Assembly: GCA_036785375.1 (NCBI GenBank)
Contig: JAWMAR010000384.1
Coordinates: 744,001 to 808,000 of the forward strand
Source of the DNA: Leucoraja ocellata
Taxonomy: Eukaryota
DNA: 64,000 nucleotides
Direction of reading: 5' to 3'
Each line of letters starts with the position of its first letter. Positions within the stretch are counted from its first letter, which is position 1. The translations under genes and the position numbers were made by a program. This document shows positions 24,369 through 37,690 of this stretch, one piece after another. The notes under the pieces are model-generated. The model was not told the DNA's origin. It saw nothing but the letters and a program-made list of their open reading frames with translations, and ran no database searches.

Positions 24369-24860
24369 TTGGGCGAGCGCTGGGTAAAGTGAACCAACTT
24401 AAAGTCACCGGTTTTATATAACGTTCGACAACCTAAATCGCTGTTTCGTCTATCAGGTCAAAACCCATAAATCTTGATTTCATACATTTGATGCTTCCGA
24501 ATCAGAAATTATAGTCACGAAAATGTATTGCTCTTAATAATGGACTATTGATTTTATTTGACAGTCGTGTTTGAATTTATGATAGCAGTAAGCAAACATC
24601 CAGAATACAAACTTCGGACCACTGAATATTAATGTATATTTGAAGATGCATCAGCTGAGATTGAATAACATAGGAGGTTCAATTAACACTTTGATTGCTT
24701 TAATGGAATGGCGTTCACAATCGGCAAGACAAACGACGATTTTAAACGCAAAGACTGGTCGAAAAACAAACAATATGCCCAGACCAATTTCACACAAATA
24801 TAGAAAGAAAGAAGGATCAAAATATATCACTTCAGCTCCATTAGGTGGAATTGAGGAGTT

Positions 24861-25183
24861 TTAGATACAGCCGGTTCTGGTGATGTCTGCCTTAAACGGG
24901 ATTGCCTGGGTTTCGTGTTTAACCACACAAGAGTAAAGATCGTTTGAGTTCCAGACTGTGACTGGCAGAGTCAGGTAACTGCTCGCACTGAACGTGTTGT
25001 CCTTCTCCTGCTGGATTGGGCTGGTCTCAACGCCGTCGCTTCTCGCACTGCCCTCCACGGTCCACTCAATGTCCACTGCACCCGGATTAAACCCGCTCAC
25101 CAAACACAGCAGGGTGGCCGTGCCCTTTCCCTTGATTTCTTCCGCTGAAGGTCCGAGGACGGACATTGCGGGGGCGCGAGGTG
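24861..25183 (-). CDS. IGLC: Ig light-chain constant exon, cluster 3
   Basis: PRAPAMSVLGPSAEEIKGKGTATLLCLVSGFNPG...TRTGCI*, acceptor ttttaaacag with AG at 25184-25185. Confidence 0.95.
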
Positions 25184-26341
25184 CTGTTTAAAATAATATC
25201 ACAGATTAGTGGAGGTTGAAGAACTGCTTCGGTTAAAACATAGTTAAAAATACCATGGATCCATTCATTTTAATGAATAAACATTTTTCCTCTACTTGTT
25301 TCAAATTGTTCAATTGCGCACGTGAGATATTTTCCAGGTGTGATCGTCGAAGATTAATTGGTATTCATGACAATGGGACACGTTCTATTTTGTGGTTAAA
25401 CATCAATTATTTCGTCAGTGTTTTTAATTGATCTCCAGAGTATTATTTCCATTGGCCCCAGTTGAAATAAAAATCGTGTGTTGGACCCGACAGCCATTTG
25501 CAGGATTTAATAAATTATGGAACTATTGTGCCAATTTCAACTGAACTCGCTTAAAACATGTCTTATTTGGATACTTTCATTTATTAAGGCCAAAGAACGA
25601 AGTGTCATGAAGGATTCGATAAAAGAGACACGAATAATTTGCCATTTAACCCATCGATGCATAGACTAGTTCCCGCATTTTTTAAATTGATTTTGGACAT
25701 GGTTTACGTTTATGTTGTGATTTCTTTTTGAAGTAAAAAATTAGCTCAATTTCTGAATTTGATCATCGAATCTCATTCCGTACACTCAATGGCAAAAAGA
25801 GTAAATCGACTGTAATGACTTGCTGATTACTGATATGGTTGGGAAATTCAATGCGCAAATTGCTTTCACATTTTCAGTTATTTTTCGTCTAAAATTGAAA
25901 TAATCGCTGTCCCATTGATTCCACGATCCGCATGCTCTAAGTGCAATGACAATTCAATCTGGCAACAAAACTCATAAGTACCGGAATTTCAAAATCACGA
26001 AATGAATTCAATATCGCATTAGCAGAAAATCATTGGCAGCATACATTGACTTTGAATATGTCCGGGAGATACAATTAAGCAAAGATTTTAAAGCATAAAA
26101 ATTAAAAACAACAACATAGATTCATAACGATGGATGATTTCAAATCCAATGTCGCTGCACTAAACCTCGCACCGCGTTATTGTTTGCGTCCGATGTTTAT
26201 CCCGGCTAAATATTGACCATGACAATCTTCAGCACTTACAAAAAAAGTATACAAGCAATATTTAAGCAGTTTTCAAAGTATAAAAGAGGACAAGGATAAA
26301 TGTGGCAGTTAGTCCTCTCGAAATAGGATTTAATTTATTTG

Positions 26342-26447
26342 TACCACATGCAGTCACGGGGAGAACGAACAAACTCCGTGCAGACAGCACCCGTAGTTGG
26401 GATGGAACCGACTGGGTTACAGCGCTAAACCGCTGCGCCACCGTGCC
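26342..26447 (-). mobile_element. V-SINE/HE1-like fragment in the J-C intron (paralogs about 36920-37025 and 47476-47580)
   Basis: Reverse complement reads GGCACGGTGGCGCAGCGGT...GGTTCCATCCC...GGGTGCTGTCTGCACGGAGTTTG. Confidence 0.75.
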
Positions 26448-27114
26448 GATTTTTGGATGAGAACCAATAATTTTCAAGAATCCACATTTCTCCATGTTCA
26501 CGATGTTGGGAAAAGTCTATCATGGTCTAGTGATCCGCAGAATCCCCACATTTTACATTTCGTGATGGAATATCAACAGAAAATGAGCTATTATTGAAGG
26601 TGCGTTTTCCATTAGAATTCTAGGCGCCATTAAAGGCAAGAAATAATTTCCCGAAAGATGCACAACGTGATGGATTCGGGAGCTTCTCTGGAGAAGATGA
26701 ATGAGGCGTTTCGGGTCGTCGCCAATCTATGTTCACCAGAGATGCTGCCTGACCCACTGAGGCACTCCTCTGCTGTTTTGGGGGTTTTTATTTTGCAAAT
26801 CAGCATCTGCAGTTCCTTGTCACTCTAATGTTAATTCCCGTTTCCATACGGTCGGTTTTATTAGTACCCTTGGCTTGGTCAATGTTAGTTCATCGTCCGA
26901 ATAGTAATTAAGAATTAAAAAAAACAGATGGACAGTCATTTTGTCCTTTCATGCTGTTGTCAACCAATTCGCCAAAGGAGATTCGATCTTGGTCGGGTAT
27001 TGTTAAAAAAATCAGCTTTAAAAGCCTTTTATTGGAAACATCAATCAGCGACACAAAACTAATTATTTTTCACAGCAGTATCAATGACCCATAGGTAGAA
27101 GATAGTTTACTTAC

Positions 27115-27459
27115 AGCCAATACCCAGCCTCGTTCCTTTGCCGACGATGAAAGGATTTAGCCACACACCACAGTAATAGTCCGCAGCGTCCCCAGACTGC
27201 ACATTCGCTATTGTCAATGTTATGGTGTTGCCTGACACTGATCCTGCGAAACGGTCAGAAACTCCCGAACCTCTAGTAATGCTGCTGCCCGCGGAATAGT
27301 AGAACAGAAACCGCGGAACCGCTCCGGGAATCTGCTGGTACCAGGAAACAGTGTAGGTACTTAAACTGCCGCCAGTCAAGATACAGGATATTTGCACGTT
27401 TTGCCCCAGAGACGTGGATTTTGAAGACGGCTGATTTAGTGCAATTTGCGCATTTGTGG
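27115..27459 (-). CDS. IGLV: Germline-joined VJ exon, cluster 3 (in frame, J motif VGKG)
   Basis: TNAQIALNQPSSKSTSLGQNVQISC...DYYCGVWLNPFIVGKGTRLGIG with canonical splice sites. Confidence 0.93.
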
Positions 27460-27583
27460 CTGGAAAACAAACCAGAAAAAAAGTACAACATTAACCAAGA
27501 TATTAGCGAAAGAGCAGAAGTGTCAGATATCTAAACTTTTAATCGCACTCCAGAATAAATAACTTTGGAAGCAAAATACTCAC

Positions 27584-27632
27584 ACGCTGCGGAAAATGCT
27601 AACACACAAACCAGTGACATCCAGCAAGACAT
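27584..27632 (-). CDS. Leader exon, cluster 3
   Basis: MSCWMSLVCVLAFSAA followed by a GTGAGT donor. Confidence 0.9.
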
Positions 27633-27689
27633 TGTAATTATTTTGGTGGAGGGCGCCAGATGAAGTGGTTGATCAGGTGTCTCTCCAGG

Positions 27690-27775
27690 TCGCTTATGAA
27701 CCCTGTTGCGAGGCGTCACTGCCTTCCATAATTATGCAAAACACTCAACTCAGAATGGACGCTGCGCCAATCAAA
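27690..27775 (-). promoter_or_regulatory. Putative IgL promoter, cluster 3, with octamer-like TTTTGCAT
   Basis: TTCATAAG at 27693-27700, TGACGCC at 27712-27718, TTTTGCAT (7/8 match to ATTTGCAT, light-chain orientation) at 27734-27741, CCAAT at 27767-27771. Confidence 0.6.
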
Positions 27776-29279
27776 TGTTGCCAGATTGTTCCTGTGTCAA
27801 ATTATTTCCGAAATGTTAGGTAGATATGGATTTAGTTTCCAATTATGTATCTCGGTACAATTTAATATATTTCCAAGCACGTAAGATATTCTGTTTTGAT
27901 ATCTCTAGTTTCCCTCTCCCGTGACTCTCAGTATGAAGAAGGGTCGCTACCCGAAACGTCACCTATTCCATCTTAAATCCAGCAAATGTGTGCTTATCTT
28001 CGGTGTAAACCAGCATCTGCAGTTCCTTCCTACAACTGGAGAATTTGTGTTATTTGAAACGGGCCATTCAATTCTGGTTTTGCATTTAATTGAATCCTTT
28101 TCTGTGTGGTTGCAGAGAGTGTGTGTTAAAATAAATTATATTCATGGAAGTAACTCATCATATCCAGTACTGATTAATCTGATCTCACTGTGTCATCCTA
28201 CTGCGCGGGACTTGTTCCTTCACCCCTTTAATTGCATATTGTATTTGAACTGGTGAATATTATGATGAAGATGGCGACTAGGAGATGTCTGAAAGCGAAA
28301 TTGCAATTGGCTGCAAATTATGTATGATTTTTTTAAATCTCGGTGCCAATTCTGGCCAACTTACTGACTACGCAAGTCACTGTCAAAACCAATGTAAAGA
28401 TTTTTGAGTTATTTTTGGAAACCATGTTTGCTCGTCGCACCCAAGGTTAGTTGAGGTTCACTGACTTTGCTCGTGAAACTAAACTGCACGCGAAATTGAG
28501 AAGGAAATTGAGAAATATATTTCATCGCCAAGGTAGCTTTATCCGTTAAAAAGGTGAAGTGAGTCTGTACTTGTTTGGATTGCCATGCTATAGATTCTGT
28601 CAACCTTCATTCGATATATGGAATTATATTTAGATGTGAACAGCGTTGATTGATATGACGTGCGCACATTTCTTACTGCGAACCAATCGCTCTATTTATA
28701 GCGAAAGCCTCTTTTCATATTGTGAATTGCTACAGCACCGTGTGAATCAATGCTAAAGCATATCAACAAGAAAATACAGCCTAAAGAACCGAAAAATATC
28801 AGCATTTTCTTATTTGGACTCTAACAATTCGGCTGACAATTAATCAAAAGAAAGCGGTCCTTTCCACGAATGTGCCCGTACAGTGAAAACTCTCACCTAT
28901 AAAGTCCTCAGATCGGTGACTTGTAAACAAGCCAAGCAGAGGCATCAATGTCTCAAGCTTTGTTTCCGATTTTTTTTAATACTGCTTAGTATTTCTGAAA
29001 TGCTTTCAGCTTACCTAGATGTGTGCAGCTCCGACAGCAATCAAGTAATTGAACTTAATTCACAGCAAAATAATCCGCTTTATTTGACACTTGCCACATT
29101 CTATATGTTCACTCGCTGCAAGTAACAATGAATTACGAAGACACTGTTTGCGTATACTAAATACATTGCAATTACATTGCATTACAAACGGACAGAGTTA
29201 TGCTTATTTGAATATTGGTTCACCTTCTCTATCGTTATTTGCGGGCAAGTGTCACACTTGGTTATTTGGCTAAATAACT

Positions 29280-32060
29280 ATTGCAAATAAAATGAAGGTA
29301 AACATAAGTGGAGCGGCCATATATAGTAAGATTGGTTTATTGAGGCTTAAGCTCAAGAGGCTCCTGTGAGGGTTACCTTAGGATACGGTTTGTTCTGTCA
29401 CTTTATGTTTGCTTTGCAGCACAACCTGGTCTTGGTCTCATAGAGATGGAGGCTAGTGTGCTCAGCCTGTGGGATGTTGGATAGCGTCTCTGAACATTAC
29501 ATCTGCATGAGGTGTGTCCAGGTGCAGCTCCTGAAAGACCCTGTTAGTGATCTGCAGTTGCAATTGGATGACCTCGTGTTCGTCCATAGAGTGAGCAAGT
29601 CATAGTTAGAAGTCATAGTGAGGTGCTCACACGTGTGGTGCGGACAAAGAATAGAAGAGTGACCAGCAGCAAAGGGAGTAGGCAGAGGGTTCAGGAGTCC
29701 CCTGTAGGCTTTCCCTTGCAAAACAGCTATGTTCGTTTGCAACGTTTGAGGGGGTAACCGTTCAGGGAACAGCAGCAGTAGTCAGGTCTGTGGCACTGGG
29801 CCTGTCTCTGATGTGCAGCGGTGTGAAGTCAGGCAGTGATTGTAATCAACCACATTAGTGCGGGGGACAGACAGGAGCAAATAGGGCTCATGGACGGACT
29901 GTTGTCTCTCTGGTGCAAGGATCTAGGATGTCCTGGAACGACTGCAGAGCATATTCGGCCTGGTGGGTGAACAGACAGAAGTCGTTGTGCATGTCCGCAC
30001 AAATGATATGTAGGAAACTGGATGAGGTCCTATAGAGTCAGTGTAAAGAGATGGGAAAAGAGTTAGGAAAATGGATGGGGTCCTCTGGGGAGAATATAAG
30101 TAGATCAGCAAAATGTACCGAAGAGCAATGAGGTCCTGCGGAGTGTGTATTGGGAATTAGCTAAAAGGTTTCAATTACCACCCGCAGGGCGGTAATCTCT
30201 AGATTACTACAGTCGCCACGTGTTATTGAGTGTAGCAATAGGAGGATGGGACAGATGAATGCATGGCTGAGGGGTTGGTGCAGGGGAAATGATTCGGATT
30301 GTAGACCATTGAGATTTCTGTTATCGCAAAGGCAACCTGCACAAGAGGGACACGTTGCATTTGAACTGAAGGGGCTCCAAAATCCTTTCAGTGAAGTTTG
30401 CTCATACTAATCTGGAGAATTTAGGTTACAATGGACAGAGAATGGGAACGAAAGGAGCAAGCCTGCAAGTGGGAAGGATGAAGGGAAAGTGGAGGTTATA
30501 ACAAGTAGTCCCAAAGGAAAGATGGGCAGGGATTGGTTCATGATTATGGGGCAATTAAGGGATGACATGTTTACTTCAATGCAATGAGTATTGCGGATGA
30601 AGTTAAATGAACGTAGATAGGCGAGATCAGTGCTTGGAACAATAATGTCGTGGCCATTATGAAAACCTGCTTGTGGGAGAGACATGTATCAGGGCCTCGA
30701 TATTTGGGATGGCGGAACTCAGAGGGGACGTACTGGAGGGTACTTCTATTGAGACATGTGGGTTGTGCTTAAAAATAAGAAAGGACCAGTCTCTCTAATG
30801 GGATTATATTATGGGATACCCAATAATCAGCGGAAGATCCATCCGTCCATCTATTAGAGTAGATCTAATCTAATCTCATCGAATCTAATAGATGGATCAG
30901 ATATGCATACAGATGCATGAACTACAGTGTTGCTGTAGTGGGTATCGTTAACTTCCCCAATATTGACTGTATTTTGTTCAGTGCAAGGGGGTTAAATGAG
31001 ACAGAATTTATGAAGTATATCCAAGAAATTTGCCTTAAACGGTGTATGGATAGTCTGAATCCAGGAGGGACGATACTGGAGCTTGTGTTGGGAAATGTGC
31101 TTGGCCACGTGACTGGTGGTATGCTGGAAGAGCACTTGGGGATAGTGACCTCAACATTACAAGGTTTAATATTGGTTTGAATAAGGATTTGGTGTGGATG
31201 TTGGCAGAAGCAAAACAGATTAAGATGTCATTAGGCAGGAGCTTGGGAGCAGTTGTTATTGAGTATGTCCACAACTAATATATGGGAGTTATTTAACCAA
31301 GTACAGGATCAGCACGTTCCAGTAAGGAGGATGGATAACGATGGCATGGTAAGGGATCCGTGAATGACCACGGAGGTTATACACCTTTTCAGAAACAAAA
31401 CGGAAGCGTATGTCAGATTTAACAAAGTGCCATCATACGGGGATTATGAGGAATGATGAGTAGCAAAGAGCTCAACTGGGTGATTAGTCGGGCCAAACTG
31501 GTCACGAAATGTAACTGATTTGTTGAGTTAAGGAAAATACTGCGGATTTTTATACATATGTTAAAAAACAAGAAGGGTGTAAGGATACGGTAGGTCTGAT
31601 CAAGGATAAAGGATGTAGCGGAATTGTTAAACGAGTGCGTTCTGCATCTGTATTCACCAAGGAGAAAGACGTGGATGACGGTGAGATCAGTGTGGAGTAA
31701 ACTAATATGCTAGGGCACATATGCTGGGGCTTGAGGTTGAAAAGAGCGGCAGTGAGGCTTTTGAGGAACATTGAGTTGGATAGGTCCCCTGCACCCGTTG
31801 GTATCTATCCCAGTTTATTGAGGGAGGCGAGAGGTGATTCCAGGGGTCTTGAGAATATTTGCTTCTTCTCTTGCCAGAGGCGAGCATATAGAGGACTGGG
31901 AAATGACCAGTTGTTCCTTTGTTGATTGAGACGTAGAAAGAATCCAGGGAAATAGAGGCCGGAGAGACGCACGTCAGTGGTAGGAAACTATTGGAGATAA
32001 TTCATTGAGATTTACTCCCATTTGAAGGAGAATGAGCTAGTTAGCGATAGGCATGGCTGT
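29280..32060 (+). mobile_element. Old degenerate CR1, uninterrupted paralog of 4900-10345 (second copy about 39820-42610)
   Basis: Colinear with the unit 1 spacer but lacks the RTE-X-like and young CR1 insertions. Confidence 0.75.
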
Positions 32061-32061
32061 G

Positions 32062-33125
32062 TAATAGACAATAGACAATAGGTGCAGGCGTAGGCCACAC
32101 GGCCCTTCAAGCCAGCACGGCCATTCAATGTGATCATGGATGATCATCCACAATCCGTACCCTGTTCCTGCCTTCTCCCCATATCCCCCCTGACTCCGCT
32201 ATCTTCAAGAGCCCTATCGAGCAATTTCTTGAAAGTTTCCAGAGAACCGGCCTCCACCTGAGGCAGAGAATTCCACAGACTCGCAACTCTCAGTGTGAAA
32301 AAATGTTTCCCCATCTCCTTTCTAAATTGCTTACCCCTTATTCTTAAACTGTGGCCCCTGGTTCTGGACTCCCCAACATCGGGAACATATTTCCTGCCTC
32401 TAGCGTGTGCAAACCCTTAATAATCCTATATGTCTCAATAAGATACCCTCTCATCCTTCTAAATTCCAGAGTAGACAAGCCCAGCCGCTCCATTCTCTCA
32501 GCAAATGACAGTCGCGCCATCCCTGGAATTAACCTTGTGAACCTACGCTGCACACCCTCAATAGCAAGAATGTGCTTCCTCAAATTTGAAGATCAAAACT
32601 GCACACAATCCTCCAGGTGTGGTCTCACTACAGCCTTGTACAATTGCCGAAGGAAATCTTTGCTCCTTTACTCAACTCCTCTTGTTATGAAGGCCACCAT
32701 GCCATTCGCTTCCTTCACTGCCTTCTGTACCTGCATGCTTGCTTTCATTGATTGATGAACAAATACCCCACAGATCCCGTAGTACTTCCCCTTTTCCCAA
32801 ATTGACACCATTTACATAATAATCTTTCTTTTTGTTTTTGCCACCTAATTGGGTAACCTCACATTTATTCACATTAAACCGCATCTGCCATGCATCTGCC
32901 CACTCACCCAACCTGGCCACGTCACGCTGCATTCTCAGAACATCCACTTCACATTTCACACTGCCACCCAGCTTTGTATCATCTGCAATTTGCTAATGTT
33001 ACTTTTAATTACTCCATCTAAATCATTAACATATATTGTAAATAGCTGCGGTCCCAGCACCAGCCTCGCGGCACCCCACTCGTCACTTCCTGCCAGCCTG
33101 AAAGGGGCCCGTTAATCCCTACCGC
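32062..33125 (-). mobile_element. CR1 LINE 3' portion, subfamily with a (TATTGTC)n tail (second copy about 42612-43676)
   Basis: RT C-terminal peptides (VTSGVPRGSVLGP, IEGVQRRFTRLIPGM) and a 7-mer tail. Confidence 0.88.
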
Positions 33126-33235
33126 GCGGACCAGTGATAAGGTCATAAGGTCGTAAGGAATGGTAGAATTACGCCACGACCCATCTTCAACCCACCATTC
33201 AATCATGGTTGATTTGTCTCTCCTTCTTAACCCCG

Positions 33236-34935
33236 TTGTTAGCTGATCATTGGGTGAAGACGAGGAGCTGGTGTGACTTGGGTGGGGGAGGGATAGAGAG
33301 AGAGGGAATGTCAGGATTACTTGATGTTAGTTAAATCAACATTCATTCCACTTGGCTGTAGGCTGCCCAGCGAATATGAGATGCTGTTCCTCCAATTTGC
33401 ATTTCGCCTCACTCTGCCTATGGAGGAGACGGTGATTTGGATGGGAAGGGATGAGTTACCCAGGGAGTTGCTGAGGATCTCTGCGGAAGGCGGAAAGGGG
33501 TGTAGATGGAAAGATGCGACTAGTGTCGGGGTCGCATTGGAGGTGGCGAAAATGTTGGAGGATTATGTGGTGTATGCGACGTCTGATGGGGTCAAAGTTA
33601 AGGACCGGGGGAACTCTGTCTCTGTTGCGACTGGGGGGAAGGGGAACAAGGGCGGAGCTGCGGGTACTGAGGAGACACGAGTGAGGGCATCAACTATGAT
33701 GGGGAAGGGGACTCCCGTTCACTAAAGAATGAGGACACCTCGGATGTCCATGTATGGAACACCTCATCATGTGCGCAGATGCGGTGCAGACGGACGAATT
33801 GGGAGTGAGGGATAGTCTTTGCAGGAAGCCGGGTGGGAAGTAGTGTAGCAGAGATAGTTATGGGAGTCAGTGGGTTTGTAATACACGTCATTCGGTGGTC
33901 TATCTCATAGAAACATGGAAGCATAGAAAATAGGTGCAGGAGTAGGCCATTCGGCCCTTCGAACCTGCACCGCCATTCATTATGATCATGGCTTATAATC
34001 CATCTCAGTATCCCATCCCTGCCTTCTCTCCATACCACCCTGATCTCTTTAGCCCCAAGAGCCACATCTAACTCCCTCAATATAGCCATTGAACTGGCCT
34101 CAACTACCTTTTGTGGCAGAGAATTCCACAGATTCGCCACTCTCAGTGTAAAAAAAGATTTTCTCATCTCGGTCCTAAAATACTTCCCTCTTACCCTTAA
34201 ACTGTGACCCCTAGTTCTGGACTTCTCCAACATCGGGAATAATCTTTCTGCATCATGCTTGTCCAACCCCTTAAGAATTTTGTAAGTTTCTATAAGATCC
34301 CCCCTCAATCTTCTAAATTCTAGCGTGTACAAGCCGAGTCTATCCAGTCTTTCTTCATGTGAAAGTCCTGCCATCCCAGGAATTAGTCTGGCGAGCCTTC
34401 TCTGTACTCCCTCTATGGCAAGAATGTCTTTCCTCCGATTAGGAGACCAAGACTGTACGCAATACTCGAGGTGTGGTCTCACCAAGACCCTGTACAACTG
34501 CAGTAGAACCTCCCTGCTCTCATACTCAAATCCTTTTGCTATGAACGCTAACATACCATTTGCTTTCTTCGCTGCCGGCTGCACCTGTATTCCTACTTTC
34601 AATGACTGGTGTACCATGACACCCAGATCTCGTTGCATCTCCCCTTTTCCTAATCGGCCACCATTCAGATAATAGTTTACTTTCCTGTTTTGCCACCAAA
34701 GTGGATAACCTCACATTTATCCACATTATACTGCATCTGCCATGCATTTGACCACTCACCCAACCTATCCAAGTCACCTTGCAGCCTCCTAGCATCCTCC
34801 TCACAGCTAACACTGCCCCCCAGCTTCGTGTCATCCGCAAACTTGGAGATTTTGCATTCAATTCCCTCATCCAAATAATTCTCTCTCCTGTGATAGAGAT
34901 TGAGATCAGGAAAGGGGAGGGAGGTGTCGGAGATG
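33236..34935 (-). mobile_element. Penelope-like fragment interrupted by a CR1 at about 33906-34878 (second copy about 43790-45490)
   Basis: Penelope-like sequence breaks at ggtctatct and resumes at ctcctgtgatagagattg. It is uninterrupted at 24120-24150. Confidence 0.8.
33906..34878 (-). mobile_element. Young CR1 LINE 3' portion (second copy 44461-45433)
   Basis: [12 protein letters not shown] and LVRPHLEYCVQ peptides plus an octamer tail. Confidence 0.92.
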
Positions 34936-35517
34936 TTTCTTTAGTTTTAGCATCATGTTCGACATAGATTCCTAATTGATTAGTAGGCCGGTATATGATG
35001 TTCAGCCGCCCTCACTCGAATGAGATTCCATATGAACGCGTGTGTGTGTGTTTCTGCTACCTATGGGCGAGCGCTGGTTAAAGTGAACCAACTTAAAGTC
35101 ACCGGTTTTATATAACTTTCGACAACCTAAATCGCTGTTTCGTCTATTAGGTCAAAAACCATAAATAATAGTCACGGAAATGTATTGCTCTTAATAATGG
35201 ACTATTGATTTTATTTGACAGTCGTGTTTGAATTTATGATAGCAGTAAGCAAACATCCAGAATACAACCTTCAGACCACTGAATATTAATGAATATTTGA
35301 AGATGCATCAGCTGAGATTGAATAACATAGGAGGTTCAATTAACAATTTGATTGCTTTAATGGAATGGCGTTCACAATCGGCAAGACAAACGACGACTTT
35401 AAACGCAAAGACTGGTCGAAAAACAAACAATATGCCCAGACCAATTTCACACAAATATAGAAAGAAAGAAGGATCAAAATATATCACTTCAGCTCCATTA
35501 GGTGGAATTGAGGAGTT

Positions 35518-35840
35518 TTAGATACAGCCGGTTCTGGTGATGTCTGCCTCAAACGGGATTGCCTGGGTTTCGTGTTTAACCACACAAGAGTAAAGATTGT
35601 TTGAGTTCCAGACTGTGACTGGCAGAGTCAGGTAACTGCTCGCACTGAACGTGTTGTCCTTCTCCTGCTGGATTGGGCTGGTCTCAACGCCGTCACTTCT
35701 CGCACTGCCCTCCACGGTCCACTCAATGTCCACTGCACCCGGATTAAACCCGCTCACCAAACACACCAGGGTGGCCGTGCCCTTTCCCTTGATTTCTTCC
35801 GCTGAAGGTCCGAGGACGGACATTGCGGGGGCGCGAGGTG
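35518..35840 (-). CDS. IGLC: Ig light-chain constant exon, cluster 4
   Basis: Intact 323-nt exon, near-identical to clusters 3 and 5. Confidence 0.95.
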
Positions 35841-37690
35841 CTGTTTAAAATAATATCACAGATTAGTGGAGGTTGAAGAACTGCTTCGGTTAAAACATAG
35901 TTAAAAATACCATGGATCCATTCATTTTAATGAATAAACATTTTTCCTCTATTGTTTCAAATTGTTCAATTGCGCACGTGAGATCATTTCCAGGTGTGAT
36001 CTCCGAAGATTAATTGGTATTTATGACAATGGGACACGTTCTATTTTGTGGTTAAACATAAATTATTTCGTCAGTGTTTTTAATTGATCTCCAGAGTATT
36101 ATTTCCATTGGCCCAGTTGAAATAAAAATCGTGTGTTGGACCCGACAGCCATTTGCAGGATTTAATAAATTATGGAACTATTGTGCCAATTTCAACTGAA
36201 CTCGCTTAAAACATGTCGTATTTGGATACTTTCATTTATTAAGGCCAAAGAACGAAGTGTCATGAAGGATTCGATAAAAGAGACACGAATAATTTGCCAT
36301 TTAACCCATCGATGCATATACTAGTTCCCGCATTTTTTTAATTGATTTTGGACATGGTTTACGTTTATGTTGTGTCTTCTTTTTGAAGTAAAAAATTAGC
36401 TCAATTTCTGAATTTGATCATCGAATCTCACTCCGTACACTCAATGGCAAAAAGAGTAAATCGACTGTAATCAATTGCTGATTACTGATATGGTTGGGAA
36501 ATTCAATGCGCAAATTGCTTTCACATTTTCAGTTATTTTTCGTCTAAAATTGAAATAAACGCTGTCCCATTGATTCCAGAATCCGCATGCTCTAAGTGTA
36601 ATGACAATTACATCAGCATACGTTGACTTTGAATATGTCCGGGAGATACAATTAAGCAAAGATTTTAAAGCATAAAAATTAAAAACAACAACATAGATTC
36701 ATAACGATGGATGATTTCAAATCCAATGTCGCTGTTCTAAACCTCGCACCGCGTTATTGTTTGCGTCCAATGTTTATCCCGGCTAAATATTGACCATGAC
36801 AATCTTCAGCTCTTACAAAAAAAGCATACAAGCAATATTTAACCAGTTTTAAAAGAATAAAAGAGGACAAGGATAAACGTGGCAGTTAGTCCTCTCGAAA
36901 TAGGATTTAATTTATTTGTACCACATGCAGTCACGGGGAGAACGAACAAACTCCGTGCGGACAGCACCCGTAGTCGGGATGGAACCGACTGGGTTACAGC
37001 GCTAAACCGCTGCGCCACCTTGCCGATTTTTGGATGAGAACCAATAAGTTTCAAGAATCCACATTTCTCCATGTTCACGATGTTGGGAAAAGTCTATCAT
37101 GGTCTAGTGATCCGCAGAATCCCCACATTTAACATTTCGTGATGGAATATCAACAGAAAATGAGCTATTATTGAAGGTGCGTTTTCCATTAGAATTCTAG
37201 GCGCCATTAAAGGCAAGAAATAATTTCCCGAAAGATGCACAACGTGATGGATTCGGGAGCTTCTCTGGAGAAGATGTTTGAGGCGTTTCGGGTCGTCGCC
37301 AATCTATGTTCACCAGAGATGCTGCCTGACCCACTGAGGCACTCCTCTGCTTTTTTGGGTGTTTTTATTTTGCAAATCAGCATCTGCAGTTCCTTGTCAC
37401 TCTAATGTTAATTCCCGTTTCCATACGGTCGGTTTTATTAGTACCCTGGCTTGGTCAATATTAGCTCATCGTCCGAATAGTAATTAAGAATTAAAAAAAC
37501 AGATGGACAGTCATTTCGTCCTTTCATTGCTGTTGTCAACCAATTTGCCAAAGGAGATTCGATCTTGGTCGGGTATTATTTAAAAAATCAGCTTTAAAAG
37601 CCTTTTATTGGAAACATCAAATAGCGACAAAAAACTAATTATTTTTCACAGCAGTATCAATAACCCATAGGTAGAAGATAGTTTACTTAC

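Noticed and set aside
27531-27719. ORFs MTPRNRVHK...MSCW (also 38107-38304 and 48662-48850) as separate genes
   Set aside because: They are the leader exon frame extended into the promoter and intron from a non-ATG start.
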